Assembly: GCA_964016885.1 (NCBI GenBank)
Contig: OZ024755.1
Span: forward strand, 35,278,001-35,342,000
Direction: 5' to 3'
Source: Eledone cirrhosa
Taxonomy: Eukaryota
DNA length: 64,000 nt
Part shown: positions 1-11,672 of the stretch, piece by piece
How the letters are laid out: each line of letters opens with the position of its first letter
Position numbering within the stretch: position 1 is the first letter of the stretch
Notes under the pieces: generated by a model
Told to the model about the DNA's origin: nothing
The model's database searches: none
The model's input: only the letters and a program-made list of their open reading frames with translations
Made by a program: the position numbers and the translations under genes

Positions 1-186
1 ACCTCTTTACAGTGAGTACTGGGTGCTTTTTGTCGTGACACCTACATAACCTCTTTACAGTGAGTACTGGGTGCTTTTTGTTGTGACACCTACACAACCT
101 CTTTACAGTGAGTACTGGGTGCTTTTTGTCATGACATCTACTGGACCACTTTACAGTGAGTACTGGGTGCTTTTTGTCGTGGCATT
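1..186 (-). repeat. ~48-bp tandem repeat derived from a SINE internal module (ctttacagtgagtactgggtgctttttg...)
   Basis: About 4 copies starting near 1, 49, 97 and 145. It is the reverse complement of the aaaaagcacccag...ctgtaaa motif in the SINEs at 45226 and 55347. Confidence 0.75.
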
Positions 187-373
187 TACACATATTTATG
201 AATGCAGTACTTCAGAAGTATGCTGAGCTACACAATCAGGTTGACATAGTATTGACATGAGACTAGTTCTCCTGTGCAATTTTTCTTGAACACCCCCGCA
301 GATAACGATAACAATAGCTTTTATACACACATACTCTCACATTCACATACAGATGTAAACACACACATAATAG

Positions 374-593
374 CTGCTGGGACACTGCAACTTCAAAATG
401 TCCATTCTTCCTGAAATTCGCCAACACTACACCTGATATTCCCCCTCCGTACACACGCATGCATGTATCTGTCTGTCTATCATGACTCATACACTGTTCA
501 CTTTCCTGACATTTGTATATTAGTCTATGTACTATACATGCACCTTTGATGAGTTGTAGTGCACCTGAGCACTGTACATAATAATTTTCATTA
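374..593 (+). mobile_element. CR1-clade LINE 3' end remnant
   Basis: Near-identical to 21800-22015 and to the reverse complement of 22350-22570 (gaaattcgccaacactacacctgatatt...gtgcacctgagcactgtaca). Confidence 0.7.
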
Positions 594-596
594 TTC

Positions 597-832
597 GATG
601 TTAACTTTGCCTTTCATCCTTACAGGGTCGATAAAATAAAGTACCAGTAATACACTGAGATAATTGCTGGCCTTGTGCCAAAAGTAGAAACAATTATTAA
701 TTTAATTAGATCAAATGCTGCCGAGGTAAACTTTGCCTTTCATCCTTACAGAGTCGATAAAATAAAGTACCAGTAATGTACTGGGTAATTTGCTGGCCTT
801 GTGCCAAAAGTAGAAACAATTATTATTATTAT
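597..832 (+). mobile_element. Two partial copies of tRNA-derived SINE family A
   Basis: gttaactttgcctttcatccttac...gtcgataaaataaagtaccag...gctggccttgtgccaaaagtagaaacaatt occurs twice. Confidence 0.8.
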
Positions 833-1107
833 TAAACACATACATGAGCCAATGAAGGAATCCATATCTTCTAGACCCCTGGCATGACACAAAATATTAT
901 GGAATTTTAGGTACTCCTGAAAAACAGGATGGTCTTAGTTGGAATGTATTTAATCATAGTTTTTGATGAGTGTTGATTCGAGATGAAATAGCAACAAGAA
1001 GAACAACAAAAAGCTCACCCATATAGAAAGATGCTCCATTTTGATACCAAACCATTTGAAACTGGGCCTAGCTCTACAATACAAATCAATTTATTTTAAC
1101 CCTTCAC

Positions 1108-1312
1108 CATTTACATTTCTCTATATATACTATTATATATTGAGGGTAAAGGCTTTACCACGCTTAATTATCTCATAACATTTACATTACTCTATATTTA
1201 CTATTATATATTGAGGATAAAGGCTTTACCTTGCTTAATTATCTCATAACATTTACATTACTCTATATTTACTATTATATATTGAGGATAAAGGCTTTAC
1301 CACACTTAATTA
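1108..1312. repeat. 71-bp tandem repeat, about 3 copies
   Basis: catttacatt... units start at 1108, 1179 and 1250. Confidence 0.85.
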
Positions 1313-1486
1313 TTCCACATAATATCAAATCTATGAGATTTTGATATTATTTATTTTTAGAACAATACCTTGACATCAGTATGAGCGACAAGTTATAGCC
1401 GGTTTGAACTGAAAGAGGTGAGAGAATTTTGGCCGGATATGGCCAATATTATATACATATTGTACATTAATTTACAGATTATGCAT

Positions 1487-2182
1487 AATAATTGTTTCTA
1501 CTTTTGGCACAAGGCCAGCAATTACTTCAGTGGATTACTGGTACTTTGGAACTTTATCATATCGACCCCTGTAAGGATGAAAGGCAAAGTTAACCTCAGC
1601 GGGATTTGAACTCAGACCGCAAAGGGCCGTAACTCTATGCTGCTAAGCATGGTGTCCGACCCTCTACTGATACTGCCAATACACTGATCATACATAATAA
1701 TACATATACATAATATTACATGTATCATAATATACATAGTATCACGTAATGTACAATATATTCCACATAGCGGAATGTATTCGATACATAGTAGACATAA
1801 TTGTGTCTACTTTTGGCACAAGGCCAGCAATTACCCAGTGCATTACTGGTACTTTATTTTATCGACCCCGTAAGGATGAAAGGCAAAGTTAACCTCGAAG
1901 TTTCTACTTTTGGCACAAGGCCAGCAATTACCCAGTGCATTACTGGTACTTTATTTTATCGACCTCGTAAGGATGAAAGGCAAAGTTAACCTCGAAGTTT
2001 CTACTTTTGGCACAAGGCCAGCAATTACCCAGTGCATTACTGGTACTTTATTTTATCGACCTCGTAAGGATGAAAGGCAAAGTTAACCTTGGCGGGATTT
2101 GAACTCAGAATGGCAAGGGGCATAACTATGCTTACAAAACATGGTGTCTGACGCTCTACCAATACTGCCATTCCACTGCCCT
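1487..2182 (-). mobile_element. SINE family A: one copy (1487-1686) plus a copy with a triplicated 3' half (1797-2182)
   Basis: Reverse-complement B-box gggatttgaactc. The tail module ctacttttggcacaagg...gttaacctc occurs three times in tandem. Confidence 0.85.
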
Positions 2183-2451
2183 ATACATAGTAGACATAAT
2201 ATTATATAATAAATACATTATTTACATTAGTACATACACTATAATATTGAAAAACTACTTACTATTACAAATGGTATTATATATAATATTGTATGTATAA
2301 TATAACGTATATTATAATAGCACACTCACACATACACACTCACACTCACACATATACACATATACACACTCACTCACACAGTCATTTATTGATATATATA
2401 TTAGGTACTAACATTGAAAATAAAAACAACAAAGTCAAGTTATTTTTACCT

Positions 2452-2751
2452 ATTCATATATATATATATACAAATATATATGCATATATATATACATATA
2501 TATATACATATATATATATATACATACAAATATGCATACATATATACATATATATACATACAAATATGCATATATACATACAAATATACATATATACATA
2601 TATATATATATACACACATACAAATATATATATATACACATGCAAATATATATATATATACACATGCAAATATATATATATATACATACAAATATATATA
2701 TATATACATACAAATATATATATATATACATACAAATATATATATATACAT

Positions 2752-2786
<35 letters not shown>

Positions 2787-4591
2787 CAAATATATATATA
2801 CAAATATATATATATATACATACAAATATATATATATATACATACAAATATATATATATATACATACAAATATATATATATATACATACAAATATATATA
2901 TATATATATACAAATATATATATATATACATACAAATATATATATATATATATATACAAATATATATATATATATATATACAAATATATATATATATACA
3001 TACAAATATATATATATATATACATACAAATATATATATATATATACAAATATATATATATATATACAAATATATATATATATACATACAAATATATATA
3101 TATATACATACAAATGTATATATATATATATACAAATATCCACACATACACGCACATATATATATCTATATATACACACACACACACACATATACCACCT
3201 TTGGCGGTACTCAGTAACAGAGAAGACCCGCCTTACCTAAATATATAGTAAAACCTACTCCAGCCAGTAGGCATCTCTAAGAAAATACACCCCGTCCCAC
3301 GACCACCACCCCCACCCCATCCACACCACCCCGTTCTATGTAAAGTTATGTTGGTGCCGCGCCATCGAGGCCGAAACAAATGAGATCGTGTAGGTGTCAC
3401 GACAAAAAAACACACAGTCCACGCTGTAATGTGGCCGTGTAGGCAACACGGTAAAAACCTCCCAGTCCACACTGTAAATGTGGTTGGTGTTAGGAAGGGC
3501 ATCCAACTGTAGAAAACCTGCCAGACAGTCCTGTGCGAGCAAGACAATCACTCTTGCCTCAAGTGGGACTACCCCCGTCCAAACCCATGCAAGCGTGGAA
3601 CACGGACGTTAAACGATGATGATGATGATGATGATGACAAATATATATATATATATATATATATACATACAAATATATATATATATATATACATACAAAT
3701 ATATATATATATATACATACAAATATATATATATATACAAATATACATATATACACAAATATACATATATATATATACATACAAATATACATATATATAT
3801 ACATACAAATATACATATATATATACATACAAATATACATATATATATATATACATACAAATATACATATATATATATATACATACAAATATACATATAT
3901 ATATATACATACAAATATACATATATATATATACATACAAATATACATATATATATATATACATACAAATATACATATATATATACATACAAATATACAT
4001 ATATATATACATACAAATATACATATATATATATACATACAAATATACATATATATATATATACATACAAATATACATATATATATATATACATACAAAT
4101 ATACATATATATATATATACATACAAATATACATATATATATATACATTCAAATATATATATATATATATACATTCATATATATATATATATACATACAA
4201 ATATGCATATATATATATACAAATATACATATATATATATACAAATATACATACATATATACAAATATACATACATATATACAAATATACATACATATAT
4301 ACAAATATACATACATATATACAAATATACATATATATATACAAATATACATACATATATACAAATATACATATATATATACAAATATACATACATATAT
4401 ACAAATATACATACATATATACAAATATACATACATATATACAAATATACATATATATATACAAATATACATACATATATACAAATATACATACATATAT
4501 ACAAATATACATATATATATATAAATACATACACACATATATATATATATATATATACAAATATCCACACATACACGCACATATATATATC

Positions 4592-4634
<43 letters not shown>

Positions 4635-4700
4635 CCACACACACATATATATTTATATTCACACACACACATATATATATATATTTATATATATATATTC
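2452..4700. repeat. Compound (TA)n/(tacaaa) microsatellite blocks (2452-3197, 3638-4700)
   Basis: Directly visible; source of the YI/HT-rich ORFs. Confidence 0.95.
3200..3637 (+). mobile_element. SINE-like retroposon with RTE-type tail and (GAT)n end
   Basis: ctgtaaatgtggttggtgttaggaagggcatcca...cccatgcaagcgtggaacacggacgttaaacgatgatgatg. Related copies at 18813-19160, 25640-25878, 41300-41915, 47895-48160 and 56457-56575. Confidence 0.75.
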
Positions 4701-5220
4701 ACACAACACAAGCATATATATATGATGTATTTCATGTTTTTTTGTAAGTATCAGTGAAATAATATATTTTTTTCAAGTGATACAAAAACTGAAAGTAAAT
4801 CTTTTTGTCTGCAGTGGTTTGTAATATCACTGTCCTCCATTTTCCCCATAATACTCACAATTGTAATTGTTTTAACATTGAGGCCACCCTGCCTTCATTG
4901 CTTCCCTGCTATCGACATTGTCTTCACTGTACAATGTAAAAAAAATACTTGTAAGATATTCATCTATTTTTACTATAATATTTTACTTTGTATCTTGTAT
5001 TTCAGAGAATAATTCTTTATTGTATTCTATTACAATGTTGTGTATTAAATTCTGTTGAATTATATTACATTATAGTGTTATATTGTACTTCTTTGTCTTG
5101 TACTATATTGTACTAAGTCATCCATAAAACAAAGAAACAAAACAAGAGTGAATGAAAACTAAGAATGGAAATTAAGATATCAGATATTAAAAGCATCAGA
5201 AAAAGAGATTCCTGCAAGAA

Positions 5221-5257
<37 letters not shown>

Positions 5258-5324
5258 TGTCAATAAAATCAAGATTCTACTCATATCATAAATGGTTACA
5301 TAAAAAAAAAACACGCACACTCTG

Positions 5325-5560
5325 TGGGGATGGTGTGGTGGTGTGGAGGAGGTGACCGGAAGCTGGGGACGCCTGACCGGAGGCGGAAGAGGATGTGACG
5401 TGAGATGCGTATCCAGGAGCACCTGTGGGTTCTCTTTCGGCTGTGACCCGCGACGGACGGACGGACGGACGGACGAATGCGAGCTGCAACTTGGCAAACG
5501 GATTATACCCACGTGGATGAGGCATGGCTCGCTGAGTGAGCTAGCAGAATTGCAGTAAGT
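5325..5560. other. GC/CpG-rich island in AT-rich surroundings (possible promoter/first exon, or TE fragment)
   Basis: Many CpGs, CCGGAAG and TGACGT motifs and (gacg)n; ends in ca|gtaagt at 5555. Confidence 0.3.
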
Positions 5561-5945
5561 GCAGTAGCTTTCTCATAACACACTCAACAATGAACATAAG
5601 ACCAGTCCAAAGAAATATGAATAGAATTTATCATCTAATGATATTAGGTTTTGAGACTGTGAGATGTTGAATTACTGTTGTCTAGTAGTAATTGTGTCTT
5701 TGAGAGTGAACAACAAACCAAACAAAATTAACTATTTGTGTGCTGAATGCAAGCCTTTATAATTAAAGATGTATCAATTTACTTAAACAATTATTTCCTC
5801 TGGGAATCTTATGAATATCACAACCACCTCTTCTATATCTCATGATGGATCCTTCACTGGTTACAACGATGAACATTCAGTAGTTCATGGAATTGTATGT
5901 ATGGCTCTTTAAATATAGCTGTAGGTTGCTCAGTGTTCTACAGAC

Positions 5946-6714
5946 AATCTAATCTAATCTGGCCGAGTTTACACTCGCAAATAAGAAGAACCAGGGCTGC
6001 CCCTAGGAGCATTGGATTTGGTGTACTCATGTTGCTTCTGCTGCTAATGGAAATTTGGTTTATTTTTGCTTATTTTTTTTAACTTTGAAGATTGCGAAAA
6101 TGTCAAAACGAGCTGCAGATTTCTCTCTTGTTAACAGTGAGAAGCAGGGAAGCAAGTTTCTGTCATTATCGATAACACAATCTATGCTAAACATCCTCCA
6201 TTCCGAAATCCGAAAAACTCTTAAATCTGAAAAGTGTCTGGTTCCAAGGTTTTCGGATAAGAGATAGTGATGATATTGTCCCAACCACTACAAAATAGAG
6301 CTGTCAGTTCACAATTGAGTGCTACTGGTAGCATGTAACCCAGTACAACCTGTCACACGGTCGTGTCCTCAGCAACTAAACTGGCAACCCCACCAAGTTT
6401 ATTGGGCAGAAGAACTCATAAGAGTCAATGGCCATCTAAAAAGAAATCCTACCAAATCAATGGGTGGCAGTAGTTCCTGCTGCATCGAAAGACTGGTGTA
6501 GTGGTTCTAAGAACAATGTGGCTTTACAGATAATCAATGCAAATTGACAATGGAAAGGTGCTCCCGCTCGCGTTAGAATAGAACTATTGACGTTCAGGAG
6601 AAGCAGCGACCCCTGATTGTATTCAGCCACTGAAACAAATATGAAGTACACCAAATCCAGCGGCCCTGGTTCTTCTTATTTGCGAGTGTAAACTCGGCTA
6701 GATTAGATTAGATT
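5946..6714. mobile_element. Non-autonomous DNA transposon (MITE-like) with ~50-bp terminal inverted repeats
   Basis: aatctaatctaatctggccgagtttacactcgcaaataagaagaaccagggc (5946-5997) is the reverse complement of 6663-6714 with one mismatch. Inner extension tggatttggtgtact/agtacaccaaatcca. Confidence 0.7.
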
Positions 6715-7462
6715 AGTTCTGTGATACAAGAAGTTCACCAGTTTTAAAAAAGCTTACTACCATAACATCAGAAACTCAATCAACATGGTCAGTATGAGAA
6801 AGCTAGAAAATTCTCAATACAAACTGGAAAAAAATGAAACAAAACAAAACTGTGGAATAATTGTTGATGTCTATTTTATGAGAAAGAATGATGAAATAAT
6901 AGTCCAACACTTGTATGAATATAATATCAGAAAGATGACTACAAGAGCTGTACAAGGATTAGCTATAAGATGGTAGCTGGATGTTAAGCTTGCTGGATTT
7001 GCAGCATGGTCTAACTGAAAGACTGGAACCAAAATGGATGTATAATTGGATTAGTTAACTAATGACATAAGCAGATTTAACTTCTGTTCTTTCTTCCTTC
7101 CTTCCTTCCTTTCTTATTATTGATTGGGAGAAGAATCGTCTGCCAAATGAAAATAGAGGCTAGGAAAAGTTTGTTATGAAAAGAAATGTAGAAAATTTAT
7201 ATAATTTGTGGCATTTATATAATGTGATGGTATGTCATGGGAAGGGGATAGAGTTGGGTGATACAGAAAAGATTAGAAGAACAAATGTATTTGATTTCAA
7301 ATATTTATTTTCGGATTCATGGACAGTATTAAATATTTTTCTCTTTATTTACAACAATCTATATTCATCAATCCGACAGATTATTTTTATAATTGTTATA
7401 TTAAATGGACTCAAATTTTGTCAAATATTAGCAGTTTCGATTGATGACTCAATCTTATGAAA

Positions 7463-7683
7463 TATTGGTTTCTTATACAGGCACAAGGCCAGCAATTTTG
7501 GGCGAGGGGAAAGTCGATTAAATCGACCCCATTGCATGACTGGTACTTTATTTTATCGTCCCCGTAAGGATGAAAGACAAAGTTAACCTCGGCAGGATTT
7601 GAACTCAGATCATAAACGGCCATATCTTTATGTTGCAAAGCATGACATCTAACCCTCTACCAATACTGCCAATCCACCGCCCT
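7463..7683 (-). mobile_element. SINE family A, full length
   Basis: Reverse-complement A-box (tactgccaatccaccgccc) and B-box (ggatttgaactc). Confidence 0.85.
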
Positions 7684-7863
7684 CAATCTTATCAAATATT
7701 CAAAAAAAGTTTGTCTTCCTATTCTGTGGCCAGTAGAACATATGTGAGTTTTCTGTCAAAATTTCTTCGAACATATATAAATACAACAGTTAAAAAAAAG
7801 GTACTCAATACATGTGTGAAAGTGATATCCAAATGAGTATCTTCCATCGCCAACTAACTTAGC

Positions 7864-10800
7864 CTACACCTCATGGTCCCCAGCCGACAGGATGACGATG
7901 AGTGAGACACACTGGAACAGCGACTCCACCTCGCGAGGCTCGCACCAGCTGGTGGCCAACTCCTCTCCGATAGCAGTGAGTCGGGATGTGGTCTCCACTG
8001 CTACAGACTCTACCACAAACCTATCACAGGAGCAGGGATGTGGTTTGGAGGCCAAGAATGCCGGAAGTCTCCACTGCTACAGGCTCTTCCACAAACCGAT
8101 CACATCAGCAGGGATGTGGTTTGGAGGCCAAGAATGCCGGAAGTCTCCACTGCTACAGACACTACCACAAACCTATCACAGGAGCAGGGATGTGGTTTGG
8201 AGGCCAAGAATGCCGGAAGTCTCCACTGCTACAGGCTCTTCCACAAACCGATCACATCAGCAGGGATGTGGATTGGAGGCCAAGAATGCCGGAAGTCTCC
8301 ACTGCTACAGGCTCTTCCACAAACCTATCACAGGAGCAGGGATGTGGTTTGGAGGCCAAGAATGCCGGAAGTCTCCACTGCTACAGGCTCTTCCACAAAC
8401 CGATCACATCAGCAGGGATGTGGTTTGGAGGCCAAGAATGCCGGAAGTCTCCACTGCTACAGACACTACCACAAACCTATCACAGGAGCAGGGATGTGGT
8501 TTGGAGGCCAAGAATGCCGGAAGTCTCCACTGCTACAGGCTCTTCCACAAACCGATCACATCAGCAGGGATGTGGTTTGGAGGCCAAGAATGCCGGAAGT
8601 CTCCACTGCTACAGGCTCTTCCACAAACCGATCACATCAGCAGGGATGTGGTTTGGAGGCCAAGAATGCCGGAAGTCTCCACTGCTACAGGCTCTTCCAC
8701 AAACCGATCACATCAGCAGGGATGTGGTTTGGAGGCCAAGAATGCCGGAAGTCTCCACTGCTACAGGCTCTTCCACAAACCGATCACATCAGCAGCGATG
8801 TGGTTTGGAGGCCAAGAATGCCGGAAGTCTCCACTGCTACAGGCTCTTCCACAAACCGATCACATCAGCAGGGATGTGGTTTGGAGGCCAAGAATGCCGG
8901 AAGTCTCCACTGCTACAGGCTCTTCCACAAACCGATCACATCAGCAGGGATGTGGTTTGGAGGCCAAGAATGCCGGAAGTCTCCACTGCTACAGGCTCTT
9001 CCACAAGCCTATCACAGGAGCAGGGATGTCGTTTGGAGGCCAAGAATGCCGGAAGTCTCCACTGCTACAGGCTCTTCCACAAACCTATCACAGGAGCAGG
9101 GATGTGGTTTGGAGGCCAAGAATGCCGGAAGTCTCCACTGCTACAGGCTCTTCCACAAACCGATCACATCAGCAGGGATGTGGTTTGGAGGCCAAGAATG
9201 CCGGAAGTCTCCACTGCTACAGACACTACCACAAACCGATCACATCAGCAGGGATGTGGTTTGGAGGCCAAGAATGCCGGAAGTCTCCACTGCTACAGGC
9301 TCTTCCACAAACCTATCACAGGAGCAGGGATGTGGTTTGGAGGCCAAGAATGCCGGAAGTCTCCACTGCTACAGGCTCTTCCACAAACCTATCACAGGAG
9401 CAGGGATGTGGTTTGGAGGCCAAGAATGCCGGAAGTCTCCACTGCTACAGGCTCTTCCACAAACCGATCACATCAGCAGGGATGTGGTTTGGAGGCCAAG
9501 AATGCCGGAAGTCTCCACTGCTACAGGCTCTTCCACAAACCTATCACATCAGCAGGGATGTGGTTTGGAGGCCAAGAATGCCGGAAGTCTCCACTGCTAC
9601 AGGCTCTTCCACAAACCTATCACAGGAGCAGGGATGTGGTTTGGAGGCCAAGAATGCCGGAAGTCTCCACTGCTACAGGCTCTTCCACAAACCTATCACA
9701 TCAGCAGGGATGTGGTTTGGAGGCCAAGAATGCCGGAAGTCTCCACTGCTACAGGCTCTTCCACAAACCTATCACAGGAGCAGGGATGTGGTTTGGAGGC
9801 CAAGAATGCCGGAAGTCTCCACTGCTACAGGCTCTTCCACAAACCTATCACAGGAGCAGGGATGTGGTTTGGAGGCCAAGAATGCCGGAAGTCTCCACTG
9901 CTACAGGCTCTTCCACAAACCTATCACAGGAGCAGGGATGTGGTTTGGAGGCCAAGAATGCCGGAAGTCTCCACTGCTACAGGCTCTTCCACAAACCTAT
10001 CACAGGAGCAGGGATGTGGTTTGGAGGCCAAGAATGCCGGAAGTCTCCACTGCTACAGGCTCTTCCACAAACCTATCACAGGAGCAGGGATGTGGTTTGG
10101 AGGCCAAGAATGCCGGAAGTCTCCACTGCTACAGGCTCTTCCACAAACCTATCACAGGAGCAGGGATGTGGTTTGGAGGCCAATAATGCCGGAAGTCTCC
10201 ACTGCTACAGGCTCTTCCACAAACCTATCACAGGAGCAGGGATGTGGTTTGGAGGCCAAGAATGCCGGAAGTCTCCACTGCTACAGGCTCTTCCACAAAC
10301 CTATCACAGGAGCAGGGATGTGGTTTGGAGGCCAAGAATGCCGGAAGTCTCCACTGCTACAGGCTCTTCCACAAACCTATCACATCAGCAGGGATGTGGT
10401 TTGGAGGCCAAGAATGCCGGAAGTCTCCACTGCTACAGGCTCTTCCACAAACCTATCACAGGAGCAGGGATGTGGTTTGGAGGCCAAGAATGCCGGAAGT
10501 CTCCACTGCTACAGGCTCTTCCACAAACCTATCACAGGAGCAGGGATGTGGTTTGGAGGCCAAGAATGCCGGAAGTCTCCACTGCTACAGGCTCTTCCAC
10601 AAACCTATCACAGGAGCAGGGATGTGGTTTGGAGGCCAATAATGCTGGAAGTCTCCACTGCTACAGGCTCTTCCACAAACCTATCACAGGAGCAGGGATG
10701 TGGTTTGGAGGCCAAGAATGCCGGAAGTCTCCACTGCTACAGGCTCTTCCACAAACCGATCACATCAGCAGGGATGTGGTTTGGAGGGCAATAATGCCGG

Positions 10801-11430
10801 AAGTCTCCACTGCTACAGGCTCTTCCACAAACCGATCACATCAGCAGGGATGTGGTTTGGAGGCCAAGAATGCCGGAAGTCTCCACTGCTACAGGCTCTT
10901 CCACAAACCGATCACATCAGCAGGGATGTGGTTTGGAGGCCAAGAATGCCGGAAGTCTCCACTGCTACAGGCTCTTCCACAAACCGATCACATCAGCAGG
11001 GATGTGGTTTGGAGGCCAAGAATGCCGGAAGTCTCCACTGCTACAGGCTCTTCCACAAACCGATCACATCAGCAGGGATGTGGTTTGGAGGCCAAGAATG
11101 CCGGAAGTCTCCACTGCTACAGGCTCTTCCACAAACCGATCACATCAGCAGGGATGTGGTTTGGAGGGCAATAATGCCTGAAGTCTCCACTGCTACAGGC
11201 TCTTCCACAAACCTATCACAGGAGCAGGGATGTGGTTTGGAGGCCAAGAATGCCAGAAGTTTCCACTGCTACAGGCTCTTCCACAAACCTATCAGAGTGG
11301 CCGCTACTTGGACAGATTGCCCTCTTTGGTTTGGCAGGCAGTAGAGCCTCGGCTGATAGCTGAATGCACCAGATTGCCACTTAAGTAGGTGTCACAGCAT
11401 GTGGGAACCCAGAGAGAGGCCTACCCCAAC
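7864..11430 (-). pseudogene. Degenerate restriction-like endonuclease (RLE) C-terminus of a CRE-like non-LTR retrotransposon, interrupted by internal tandem amplification
   Basis: Manual minus-strand translation: GRPL/WVPTCCDTYLSGNLVHSAISRGSTACQTKEGNLSK*RPL/DRFVEEPVAVETSGILGLQTTSLL...TAIGEELATSWCEPREVESLFQCVSLIV. This matches the recalled CRE RLE pattern WDxTCxDT..K..KY..F.PVAVETxG..G.....IG......EPRE..LFQRxS. Confidence 0.75.
7983..11295. repeat. 76-bp tandem satellite, about 44 copies
   Basis: Unit gggatgtggtttggaggccaagaatgccggaagtctccactgctacaggctcttccacaaacc(tatcacagg/gatcacatc)agca. Unit starts run from 8035 to 11227, exactly 42x76. Confidence 0.98.
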
Positions 11431-11436
11431 GGATGT

Positions 11437-11531
11437 GATGACCACAGGCGAAGTGTGGTCAGTACAGCTACACCCCTGACATGACCATAGGCCAAGTATG
11501 GTCAGTACAGTACACCCCTGACATGATCACA
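11437..11531 (-). repeat. Two inverted copies of the 43-bp satellite unit
   Basis: atgaccacagg...gtggtcagtacagctacacccctgacatgacca is the reverse complement of the unit. Confidence 0.9.
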
Positions 11532-11672
11532 ATAAAATTCATAGAAACACCATATTTACAAAAGGTAGATCAAAATAAAAGAAGAAATCACATCTTTTCA
11601 TCCTTGATTAAAAATGTTATATGCAAAGAATTTATTCTAAATGCTAAGCCTTCTTTTGAACTCTTTTCTCTT

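Noticed and set aside
2293-4757. Long YI/HT/CV ORFs (also 34528-37922, 54416-58232, 63081-63939)
   Set aside because: These are translations of dinucleotide microsatellites.
4859-4926. Minus-strand exon with good splice signals
   Set aside because: It has stops in all three frames and cannot be supported as CDS (a UTR or lncRNA exon is not excluded).
7892-11344. 764-1062-aa repeat proteins on the + strand
   Set aside because: All three frames are equally open because a stop-free 76-bp unit cycles through frames. The protein-like signal is on the opposite strand.
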